Origin: an uncultured Actinomycetota bacterium
Lineage (GTDB): Bacteria; Actinomycetota; Actinomycetes; Actinomycetales; Dermatophilaceae
Direction of reading: 5' to 3'
Length of the DNA: 64,000 bases
Assembly (NCBI GenBank): GCA_963731235.1
Contig: CAVSUT010000021.1
Span: forward strand, 81,402 to 145,401
The position numbers and the translations under genes were made by a program. Below, piece after piece: positions 28,721 to 38,634 of this stretch (the first letter of the stretch is position 1; every line of letters starts with the position of its first letter). The notes beneath the pieces are model-generated. The model saw only the letters and a list, made by a program, of their open reading frames with translations, made no database searches and was not told the DNA's origin.

Positions 28721-30368
28721 TCAGAAGAGGGCGTTCAAGCCGTTCCACCCCGAGCCCAGGCGGACCCTGGGCAGCCACGTCCCGGTCCCGGTCCGTGGGT
28801 AGAGCCACAGGACACCGGCCCCGTCACGGGCCAGCACGTCGGGCACCCGGTCACCGTTGAGGTCGCCGGGGCTCGTGACCGCGGTCATGCCGTTCCAGCC
28901 GCTGCCCACCCGGACGCGCGAGCGCCAGCCTCCGGCGCCGTTGCCGGGATACAGCCACAGGTAGCCGGTGGCGCTCTCGCGGGCCAGCACGTCGGCCGTG
29001 CCGTCACCGTTGAGGTCGCCGGGCCCGAAGACGGCGTTGAACGCGTTCCACCCCGTCCCGACCCGGACCCGCGGCAGCCATCCTCCGCTGCCGTTGCCCG
29101 GGTACATCCACAGGTAGCCGGTAGACCGTTCCCGGGCGAGCACGTCGACCCGCTGGTCCCCACTGAAGTCGCCGGGGCCGACGATCGCACTGAAGCCGTT
29201 CCATCCGGAGCCGACCCGCACGCGAGGGAGCCACCCTCCCCGACCGTTGCCCGGGTACAGCCACAAGAAGCCGGTGGAGGACTCCCGGGCCAGGACGTCC
29301 AGGGGGCCGTCACCGTTGAAGTCCCCGGGTGTCTCCAGGGCGTTGAAGCCGTTCCAGCCACCGCCGATGCGCACCCCGGCGGCCAGGGTCCCCTTGCCGC
29401 TCCCCCCGTACAGACGGAGGTCGCCGGAGGAGGCGACGCGCGTCAGCAGGTCGTTGTTCCAGTCGCCGTTGAAGTCGGCGGTGGCCGCCGAGAGTGTCGA
29501 GGCGGGCACCGGCAACGCCGTGAACGCGTAGGGCTCACAGGTGCGGTCGTAGTCACGGACGTCGTCGTACCACTGGGACAGGTAGACCCGGCCTCCGGAG
29601 AAGCTGGGCTGAGTGCAGCGGTCGAGCGCCTCGGTGGGGTAGTCGAGACGGCCGGCGGTGGCCCAGACGGGCACCCCCGGGACCCGCCAGGATCCCGTGA
29701 TCGCCTGCCAGCCCGAGGCGTACGAGTACAGGCCGTAGGGCAACCCACGGTCGCGCAGACCACGCATCAGGCCTTCAAGGACGTAGCGGTTCTCCAGGCG
29801 TTGCTGGGCGGTCGCGACCGGCCAGGGCTGCTGCGGCCGGGGCTCGACGTCGATCCACACGACCGGGGGCGCGAAACCTGCCGGCAGGCTGTCCGCCGCA
29901 TACCGCGCCTCGGCGTAGCCGACGTTGGACAGCTGGCCGGCTCGCGTCGCCGACGACCACGGACCACCGGCGCCGTAGCTGGCGAGCTGGCTGGCGGTGG
30001 GAAACGCCGCGATGGTGTAGGCCTGCGAGGGCTTGGCATTGGCCGTCACCCAGGCGACCTGGTCCGCCAGACACGGGTTCTGCGTGAACGGCAGCCCCTT
30101 GGTCAGGCCGATGACGACGAACTCCGTCGACGTGGGCGGCAGGGGCAGGCCGAAACCTCCCACCGCGACCGGGCACTGCGGCCACGAGATGTCGTGACCG
30201 AACCTGACAGCCGCCGTGGCCGGCGGGGCCGTGGCGACGAGCCCGAGGACGAGGGCGGCGACCGCTCCAACGACGGCCGACGAACCGTGTTCTACGCCTT
30301 GCGGACCCGGTCGGCCCCACGGCCCGTCGTGGCCGCGCGGCGCCGAGAGCTGATCCGTGCCGAGTCAT
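28721..30368 (-). pseudogene. exported protein: glycoside-hydrolase-like (DUF1906/GH25-like, uncertain) N-domain + 5 FG-GAP/VCBS-type repeats; frameshift in signal peptide region
   Basis: Five repeats of the GDFNGDGxxDVLARxxxxGxLWLYPGNGxGGWxxRVRVGxGWNxF type. GAGGAGGAG precedes ATG 30368 (MTRHGSALGAARPRRAVGPTGSARRRTRF...). The hydrophobic core and mature protein (SSAVVGAVAALVLGLVATAPPATAAVRFGHDISWPQC...) lie in the +1 frame, which has no start codon of its own upstream of GVE. The span is 1648 nt (3n+1). Confidence 0.75.
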
Positions 30369-30602
30369 CACTCCTCCTCAACGCACGCTTCCATTGCACA
30401 CCCCTTTGGCTCTCAGGTACAGAGACCAAGCCCTGCTTCTGGGCGCTCACGGTGGTGCGCGTCTGGTGGGCGTCGTGGGTCGAGGCGTGGAGCGCAGACA
30501 CCGTCGGGTCGGCCGTGGTCTCCGAAAGACCGGGGACGGACGAACTTGCGCGGCACCATGGGCATCCCATCTGGACCGGCGAGCGTTACCCGGCCGGGGA
30601 CA

Positions 30603-30644
30603 TGACACGGGTCAGGCGCCCCGTGGGGCGCCTGACCCGTGTCA
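30603..30644 (-). terminator. strong hairpin terminator downstream of the principal sigma factor gene
   Basis: About 18-20 bp perfect inverted repeat tgacacgggtcaggcgcccc / ggggcgcctgacccgtgtca, 23 nt past the stop at 30667. Confidence 0.75.
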
Positions 30645-30666
30645 ACCCGGATGCCGGCAGGATCGT

Positions 30667-32304
<1,638 letters not shown>

Positions 32305-32518
32305 GGACTACCTTTCGTCGCGGGATCGCGGCACGGCGCACGCCATCACGGGCATGACCAGGCATGCCTACGACAACAACTGCGGGAGCGGAAGTATTGC
32401 CGAGACCGGGCGGGGACCATGCCCCGGCGACCTCGGTGCAGACATTGTAAAACGACTTGGCGCTCAATCCCGCATCCGTGCACGAAATCAGGCCCGTCGC
32501 AGGCCCGGTGCAGCCCGA

Positions 32519-32920
32519 TCAGGCGTCGGCCTTGACCGCCAGGACGGGGCAGGAGGCGTCGAGCAGGATCCGTTGCGCGTTGGACCCGAGGATCAGCTTG
32601 CCCACCGGCGTGCGTCGACGGAGCCCGATCACGATGAACTCGGCGTGCTCCTCCTCGGCGACGGCGATGAGGTCCTCGGCGGGCTCGTTGCCCCGCACCA
32701 GCTGACGCACCTCGTGCTCGAGACCTTCTTCGTCGAGCTCACCCTGCACGCGAGCCAGGTCGAGCTCGAACCTGCGGGCCTCGTCGCCGTCGTAGTCCCG
32801 GCCTCCGCGGTGGGAGTTGATGACGATGAGCTTGGACTTGCGCAGCAGCGCCTCGTCCGCCGCGCGGCGCAGCGCAGCTCGCCCTTCCTTCGTCGGGACA
32901 TAGCCCACAACGATGGCCAC
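32519..32920 (-). CDS. universal stress protein (UspA family)
   Basis: 133 aa. GAGGAGG precedes GTG 32920. Usp-like C-terminal motif is IVIGLRRRTPVGKLILGSNAQRILLDASCPVLAV. Confidence 0.8.
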   Translation of the reverse strand: MAIVVGYVPTKEGRAALRRAADEALLRKSKLIVINSHRGGRDYDGDEARRFELDLARVQGELDEEGLEHEVRQLVRGNEPAEDLIAVAEEEHAEFIVIGLRRRTPVGKLILGSNAQRILLDASCPVLAVKADA

Positions 32921-32980
32921 GGGAACCTCCTCGTTCGTCGACAGCTGCGGCAGTGGCCGCGCGGCCGACGCTACCGGAAA

Positions 32981-34126
32981 TCACCGGGTCAGGCAGGGTC
33001 CTCCCAGCACCTGCCTCACCACGGCACCCACCTGCTCGAGCTCGATGAGGAATCCGTCGTGGCCGTAGTCGGAGTGCACCGTGTGCACGCGGGCGCCCGG
33101 GACCGCAGCCGCGATCTCGTGGGACAGCCGCGCCGGGTAGAGCCGGTCCGAGTCCACGGCGACGACCACCACGTCGGCGGTGACCCGGGCCAGGGCGGCC
33201 TCGACGCCGCCACGGCCCCGGCCCACGTCATGGGAGTTCATCGCCTCGGTGAGCACGACGTAGGAGTTGGCGTCGAACCGACCGGCCAGCTTGCCGGCGT
33301 GGTGGTCGAGGTAGGACTCGACCGCGTAGCGCCCCTGCCCGCCGATCGGGTCCTCGTCGCCCTGCGGCGAGCGCCCGAACCGCTCGTGCAGCTCGAGCTC
33401 GCTGCGGTAGGTGACATGGGCGATCCGTCGGGCCAGGCCCAGACCGGTATCGGGACCGGCCTGCTGGTCGTAGTAGTCACCGCCGTGGAAGTGCGGGTCG
33501 CTGCGGATGGCGAGCAGCTGCGCCTGGCACCAGGCGATCTGCTCCGCGGACGCGTAGGCCGTGCTGGCCAGGACCAGGGCGCGGGCCACCCGCTCCGGAT
33601 GGGTCACCGCCCACTCGACCGCCCGCATGCCGCCCATCGACCCACCCAGCACCAGGCTCCACCGGTCGACCCCGATCCGGTCGGCGAGCAGGGCCTCGAC
33701 GCGGACCTGGTCGCGGATCGTGACGAACGGGAACCGGCTCCCCCACGGCTGGCCGTCCGGGGCGACGGAGGCGGGACCGGTGCTGCCCTGGCAACCACCG
33801 AGGACGTTGGAGGCGACGACGTAGTAGCGGTCGGTGTCGAGGGGGCAGCCGGGACCGATCAGCCCGTCCCACCACCCCGGCGTCGGGTGGGCGTGGTCCG
33901 CGGACCCCGTGACGTGGCTGTCCCCGGTGAGGGCGTGCTCGACGAGGATCGCGTTGTCGCGGGCCGGGTTGAGCTCACCCCAGGTCTCGTAGGCGAGGCT
34001 GACCTCGGGCAGCACCCCGCCCCGCTCGAGCTCGACCGCCCCGAGGTCGATGAACCGTCGGTCACCCACCGGGTCCCCACGGCGCCAGGCCCCGGAGGTC
34101 GTCACCGGTCGGGAGGTGGTGGTCAT
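32981..34126 (-). CDS. metX: homoserine O-acetyltransferase MetX
   Basis: 381 aa alpha/beta hydrolase with nucleophile motif GGSMGGM and an N-terminal pattern typical of MetX (LELERGGVLPEVSLAYETWGELN). Preceded by a SAM riboswitch. Confidence 0.9.
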   Translation of the reverse strand: MTTTSRPVTTSGAWRRGDPVGDRRFIDLGAVELERGGVLPEVSLAYETWGELNPARDNAILVEHALTGDSHVTGSADHAHPTPGWWDGLIGPGCPLDTDRYYVVASNVLGGCQGSTGPASVAPDGQPWGSRFPFVTIRDQVRVEALLADRIGVDRWSLVLGGSMGGMRAVEWAVTHPERVARALVLASTAYASAEQIAWCQAQLLAIRSDPHFHGGDYYDQQAGPDTGLGLARRIAHVTYRSELELHERFGRSPQGDEDPIGGQGRYAVESYLDHHAGKLAGRFDANSYVVLTEAMNSHDVGRGRGGVEAALARVTADVVVVAVDSDRLYPARLSHEIAAAVPGARVHTVHSDYGHDGFLIELEQVGAVVRQVLGGPCLTR

Positions 34127-34140
34127 GAGAGTGCTCCTGT

Positions 34141-34252
34141 GGCGTCGCGCTTGCCGCCCAGGTCAGGGCCGGCCGGGTCCTCACCCGGGGCACCCCACCG
34201 CGAGGAGGGTTGCCGCCCAGCAAGCCGGGGCTTGGTGCTGGGACTCATGACC
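34141..34252 (-). promoter_or_regulatory. SAM-IV riboswitch (leader of metX)
   Basis: The minus strand reads GGTCATGAGTCCCAGCACCAAGCCCCGGCTTGCTGGGCGGCAACCCTCCTCGCGGTGGGGTGCCCCGGGTGAGGACC...GGCGGCAAGCGCGAC. This matches my memory of the SAM-IV (Rfam RF00634) consensus almost position for position. It ends 14 nt before the metX ATG, next to the AGGAG SD. Confidence 0.85.
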
Positions 34253-34377
34253 TGCCGACCATCATACGAGCCGCGGCCTGCCCTGTCCGGCTCGTCCGGA
34301 CACCGGACACCGGACCCGACACCGGAACGGACGCCGGAGCAGACACGGGACCGGACGGACCGGGTCCCGTCCGGTGC

Positions 34378-35493
34378 TCAGGCCGACAGCTCGGTCCCGG
34401 TCATCGACCCCGGCACCGCTCGCGGGCGCAGGCCCAGGTCGACCATCCGCTCGAGCAGCCGCGCCAGGCGGTAGCCGGGGGTGTGCTCGAGCGCCCGGTC
34501 CAGCGCGACCCTGGTCAACGCGCCGTCCCCGAGCCACCAGGCGAGGTTGGCGAGCACGGTGAGCAGCGCGGCAGCCTCCTGGTCCGGCACCGCCCGCACG
34601 ACCTCCTGCAGCCTGCGGACCACCCGTCGCCCGGCGACCACGGCAGCTTCGGGACCGCCCCGCCGGTGCCAGGCCGGCTCGGGGAGGCAGCTGTGGAGGG
34701 CGTCGAGGACATCGGGTGACAACGCGTCGAGGGGCAGGGTTCCCGGGCAGACCCATGCGATCAGCCCGTCGCGCAGCTGCACGTCGCGCAGGCTCGCGAC
34801 GAGCAGCGCGACGTCGTCCGGGCTCAACGCGTCCCCGCCCGGGACGCGGTGGCTGCGGTCGCTGACGTCGAGGGCCTTCGCCCAGGTGGCCAGGAACCGC
34901 AACCGGTGGACCGCCACGGCACGCTCGCCGACCGCCGTGCCGTCGGCGCGCGCCTCGATGACCGCCAGGGCTGCGGCCACCGGGGCCGTCAGCGACGGGT
35001 CGGCCGAGACGAGCGCGGTCAGCGACTCCCGCCCCGGCAGCGGTGCCACCTCGAGGGCGACGAACTGTGCCACCGCCGGCGCGTCCCGGGGCACCTCCCG
35101 CGGGTGAGCGGCCGTCGGGCAGCAGCCGGTGGTGCAGTCCGGGGTGTGCCACCGACCGTCGCGGACCACGAGGCGGTCGAGCACCGCGACACCGGCGGCT
35201 TCGAGGTCGGCACGGACGGCATCGGCCAGGGCCGTCGCGGCACCCGGCCGTGACTCGTACCCCACCAGCAGCACCCCGTCCGGCTCCTGGCGCACCAACG
35301 GGGGGACCATGGCCGCGCAGGCCGCGTCCACCTCCTCCACCGGTGGCAGGTCGATGCGCTCCACGAGACCGATCTGGCGGTCGCGCAGCGCGAGCGCGAC
35401 GAGGGAGTCGCTCGGGTGGTACCCGAGCTGGTAGGGCAGGACGGCGAGCACGTCAGCGGGTCCGGAGAGTCGGATGGGTTCCATGGCGCCCAC
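34378..35493 (-). CDS. DUF4192 domain protein
   Basis: N-terminal pattern LSGPADVLAVLPYQLGYHPSDSLVALAL is characteristic of DUF4192. ATG 35484 is an alternative start. Confidence 0.7.
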   Translation of the reverse strand: MGAMEPIRLSGPADVLAVLPYQLGYHPSDSLVALALRDRQIGLVERIDLPPVEEVDAACAAMVPPLVRQEPDGVLLVGYESRPGAATALADAVRADLEAAGVAVLDRLVVRDGRWHTPDCTTGCCPTAAHPREVPRDAPAVAQFVALEVAPLPGRESLTALVSADPSLTAPVAAALAVIEARADGTAVGERAVAVHRLRFLATWAKALDVSDRSHRVPGGDALSPDDVALLVASLRDVQLRDGLIAWVCPGTLPLDALSPDVLDALHSCLPEPAWHRRGGPEAAVVAGRRVVRRLQEVVRAVPDQEAAALLTVLANLAWWLGDGALTRVALDRALEHTPGYRLARLLERMVDLGLRPRAVPGSMTGTELSA

Positions 35494-35622
35494 GCTCGCG
35501 CGGGGGCGCCGCCCTTTCGAGGCCCGTGGCTCGACCCTGTGGACGGGGTCGCCCCGGGGGCCCGCTTGTGGACGACGGCGTGATCCGCCGTGACCGGCGC
35601 CGACCGGGGAGCAGTGGTGGCC

Positions 35623-36090
35623 TCAGCGCACGACGTGTCCCGGGACGGTCTGCCCGCGGGCACCGGTCCCGGACCCGGCGGCCGAGGACGCACCCGAGCC
35701 CGAGCCGGAACCCGAGCCGGGACCCGACGCGCCGGCATACCCGTCGGCGGGGGCCGAGCCCTGCACCGTGCGCTCCCAGCGCAGGTAGGTCTCGGTCTCG
35801 TTGATGAAGGCGGCCGCGAGCCACGACACGACCACCGCGTCGTCGGCGAGGCCGAGGACGGACAGGAACGCCTCCGGGACGAGGTCGATCGGGGAGACGA
35901 CGTAGGCGACGGCTGCGGCGATCATGAACAGCCGACCGCGCGTGCTGCCGTGGTAGTCACCGCGCAGGGTCGAGCGCAGCAGCCTGGGGACGCTGGCGAA
36001 CCGCTCCCCCAGACCGGGCGAACCGGGGCGCAGTGCGGTGCGCAGGGCGGTGGCGATGGTGCGGAAGGCTCCGAGGCGGTTCACGGCCAT
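35623..36090 (-). CDS. DUF1232 (YkvA-like) membrane protein with Gly/Ser-rich tail
   Basis: Core is FMIAAAVAYVVSPIDLVPEAFLSVLGLADDAVVVSWL, the typical DUF1232 motif. ATG 36090 is chosen; the track ORF extends to 36162. Confidence 0.7.
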   Translation of the reverse strand: MAVNRLGAFRTIATALRTALRPGSPGLGERFASVPRLLRSTLRGDYHGSTRGRLFMIAAAVAYVVSPIDLVPEAFLSVLGLADDAVVVSWLAAAFINETETYLRWERTVQGSAPADGYAGASGPGSGSGSGSGASSAAGSGTGARGQTVPGHVVR

Positions 36091-36233
36091 GTCGACTCCT
36101 GGGGGTCCGATGGTGCACGGTCGGTGGGGCACACGGCCCGGGCGCCGACCACGCCCGAACACGGGTCCAACGACAGGCCCGTCCCAGAGATTCCCGGGGG
36201 GCCCGTCGACCGGGACGCCGAAGGAGGGAAGGG

Positions 36234-36261
36234 GGCGCGGAGGTATGGCGCCTCCCGCGCC
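36234..36261 (-). terminator. possible hairpin immediately after the EcsC-like gene stop
   Basis: ggcgcggagg / cctcc(c)gcgcc, a 10-bp stem with one bulge and a 7-nt loop. No U-tract. Confidence 0.3.
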
Positions 36262-37041
36262 TCAGTGGCCGGTCGCCTTCTTCGGGAACTCGTGGCGTGC
36301 GTGGTCGGCGATCCGCTTGAGCAGGTAGCTGTCCAGGCCGGCCCCGACGACCCCGCCGAGGACCGGCACCCCCTTGCCGAACCGGGTGAGCGTCTTCTTG
36401 CCCGCGGTCGACAGCAGCCGGAAGCCGACCGCCTTGTTGACCACCATGAGCGCCGGCCCGGGTAGCCGCTGGGCGGCGAGGTTGGACAGCCGGCCCGTGG
36501 CCATCACCCCGGCCTTCTTGAGCAGGTCGTCGGCGTCGGCCCCCACCAGGGTCAGCAGGACGGCCGAGCGGATCTCGGGCTGCTTGATGTCGTACCCGCG
36601 CAGCGACGCGATCGAGGCGACCATGCGGGTGGCGACGACGTAGAACTCGACGACGTTGGCCGGGAGCGCGACCGGCAGGGTGATGAACCCACCGAGGCCG
36701 GTGACGAACCCTCCGGCTGCGGCGAGCTTGAGGTGGGCACGCACCACGGCGTCGACCGCCTCCTCGGCGTCGGGGCTCTCGGCGCGCTTGACGTCCGCGA
36801 CCTTCTGGGCGGAGTCGAACCGGCTCCGTCCGTCGATGCCCACGTCGAGGAGGTTCTCGACCAGCCCGGTGACGGTGTTGGCGATCATCCCGGCGTCCTC
36901 GCGACCCGCTCTGGCCCGCTCGAGCGCGGAGCCGTCAGCCGTCGACTCGTCCTTGCCCCATCCGAGGAAAGCCACCCTGTTCTCCCTGCTGTCGTTGGTC
37001 TGGAGTCGCCCGTCCGGTGATCGCGTGGACGCCCCGGTCAT
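36262..37041 (-). CDS. EcsC family protein
   Basis: 259-aa ORF with the GGFVTGLGGFITLPVALPANVVEFYVVATRMVASIA pattern typical of EcsC. The start is uncertain. Confidence 0.65.
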   Translation of the reverse strand: MTGASTRSPDGRLQTNDSRENRVAFLGWGKDESTADGSALERARAGREDAGMIANTVTGLVENLLDVGIDGRSRFDSAQKVADVKRAESPDAEEAVDAVVRAHLKLAAAGGFVTGLGGFITLPVALPANVVEFYVVATRMVASIASLRGYDIKQPEIRSAVLLTLVGADADDLLKKAGVMATGRLSNLAAQRLPGPALMVVNKAVGFRLLSTAGKKTLTRFGKGVPVLGGVVGAGLDSYLLKRIADHARHEFPKKATGH

Positions 37042-37083
37042 CCTGCCACGCGCGTCCGCGACCAGCAGGTTTAGCCTTGGTGC

Positions 37084-38053
37084 ATGGCCGAGAACACCGA
37101 GTCCACACCCACGCCGTCACCCACCCCGTCACCCACCCCGTCCCCCACCGGCGCCGCGAGCGAGTCGACCTCCGCCGGCTACGCGCACCCCGAGCGGCTG
37201 GTCAGCACGCAGTGGCTCGCGGACCAGATCGACGCCGGCGCCATCGGTGGACCGGACGGGATCGTCCTGCTGGAGTCCGACGAGGACGTCCTGCTCTACG
37301 ACACCGGCCACATCCCGGGCGCCCTCAAGCTCGACTGGCACCAGGACCTCAACGACCCGGTGATGCGCGACTACGTCGACGTCGAGCAGTTCGCCGCGGT
37401 GATGACGGCCCGTGGGGTCGGCCGGGACACCACGGTCGTCATCTACGGCGACAAGTCCAACTGGTGGGCCGCCTACGCCCTGTGGGTGATGAGCCTGTTC
37501 GGCCACCAGGACGTGCGCCTGCTCGACGGCGGTCGCGCGAAGTGGGTGGCCGAGGGTCGCGAGCTGACCCGGGAGGTGCCGCAGGTGGCACCGCTCACCG
37601 GCGACGCCGCATACCCCGTCGTCGAGCGGGACGACGCACCGAATCCGCGCGTTCCAGCAGGACGTGCTGGCCCACCTCGGTGGGCCGCTGGTGGACGTCC
37701 GCTCCCCCGGCGAGTTCAGCGGCGAGCTGCTGCACATGCCCGACTACCCGCAGGAGGGGGCGATGCGTGGCGGGCACATCCCCGGTGCGCGGTCCGTGCC
37801 GTGGGCCCGGGCCGCGAACGAGGACGGCACCTTCAAGTCCCGTGCGGACCTCGAGGCGATCTACCTCACCGAGCAGGGCCTGGACCCCTCGGACCCCACG
37901 ATCGCCTACTGCCGCATCGGCGAGCGCTCGTCGCACACGTGGTTCGTCCTGACCCACCTGCTCGGCTTCGACCAGGTGCGCAACTACGACGGCTCGTGGA
38001 CCGAGTGGGGCAACTCCGTGCGGGTCCCCGTCGAGCAGGGTGCACCGGCGTGA
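37084..38053 (+). pseudogene. sseA: thiosulfate sulfurtransferase (tandem rhodanese, SseA/CysA-like), one extra nucleotide between the two domains
   Basis: Domain 1 is in the frame of ORF 37084 (...[17 protein letters not shown]...PVVERDDAP). Domain 2, with the active-site loop [13 protein letters not shown], is in the frame of ORF 37664..38053. Removing one a at 37642-37643 restores [17 protein letters not shown], parallel to M. tuberculosis CysA PDNTIRAFRDEVLA. The span is 970 nt (3n+1). Confidence 0.85.
37107..37150. repeat. 12-bp tandem repeat (acccaccccgtc) x3+ in sseA 5' end encoding (PTPS)n
   Basis: Units at 37107-37118, 37119-37130 and 37131-37142, plus a degenerate unit. Read directly. 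Confidence 0.85.
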
Positions 38054-38514
38054 CCGACACCGTGGAGCTCCCCGCGGCGATGCGCGAGATCGCCGCCGAC
38101 TTCGCCGAGCTCACCCCTGCCGAGCGGCTCCAGCTGCTGCTGGAGTTCAGCGAGGGCCTGCCCGAGCTGCCCGAGCGGTATGCCGGGTCGCTGGACTCGA
38201 TGGAGCAGGTGCACGAGTGCCAGTCGCCGATCTTCCTCGCCGTCGAGGTCGACGACGAGCCGGCCGACCGGCCGGGTGAGCGTCCGGTGCACCTGTTCTT
38301 CTCCGCGCCCCAGGAGGCGCCGACGACGCGCGGCTTCGCGGGGATCCTCCACGAGGGCCTCGACGGCCTCACCGTCGCCGAGGTGCTCGCCGTGCCCGAG
38401 GTGGCGCCGTACCGGTTCTCGCTCGGCGAGGCCGTGTCCCCGCTGCGGCTGCGCGGCATGGTCGGGATGCTCAACCGCATCAAACGGCAGACCGCGCTGA
38501 AATCCCAGTCCTAG
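38050..38514 (+). CDS. sufE: SufE-family sulfur acceptor protein
   Basis: GTG 38050 forms a GTGA overlap with the sseA stop. Contains the conserved Cys region [13 protein letters not shown] and C-terminal [16 protein letters not shown]. Confidence 0.8.
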   Translation: MTDTVELPAAMREIAADFAELTPAERLQLLLEFSEGLPELPERYAGSLDSMEQVHECQSPIFLAVEVDDEPADRPGERPVHLFFSAPQEAPTTRGFAGILHEGLDGLTVAEVLAVPEVAPYRFSLGEAVSPLRLRGMVGMLNRIKRQTALKSQS

Positions 38515-38571
38515 CAGGACTTCCCGCGCGTTGCACCGACCGGAGGGGCCGGTATGGCGCCCGCTGACGAC

Positions 38572-38605
38572 GAAGCCGCGGCCCCCTCACGGGGACCGCG
38601 GCTTC
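38572..38605. terminator. bidirectional hairpin terminator between convergent sufE and S8 peptidase genes
   Basis: gaagccgcggcccc / gggg(a)ccgcggcttc, a 14-bp stem with one bulged a and loop ctcac. Confidence 0.6.
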
Positions 38606-38634
38606 GTGCCGTGCGGAGGTGACGACGCCGTCGG

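Noticed and set aside
20006-30666. Classical genomic island or prophage boundaries around the exported-protein block
   Set aside because: I found no integrase, transposase, tRNA/tmRNA target or flanking direct repeats. Only the content and a locally lower GC suggest accessory status.
32444-32449. TACAAT -10-like hexamer about 135 nt upstream of sigA (minus strand)
   Set aside because: No acceptable -35 exists at 16-18 nt spacing (CGGGAT/GGGATT), and TTGAGC sits only 12 nt away. The evidence is too weak to list as a feature.
37642-37643. Idea that all lesions are the same event type (an extra A on the sense strand), hinting at a systematic or artificial process
   Set aside because: This holds for sseA and is compatible with murG. 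But the hrpA site, once aligned to E. coli HrpA, is an extra C in a C-run. Several propeller and BNR lesions are deletions (3n+2 spans). There is therefore no single signature.
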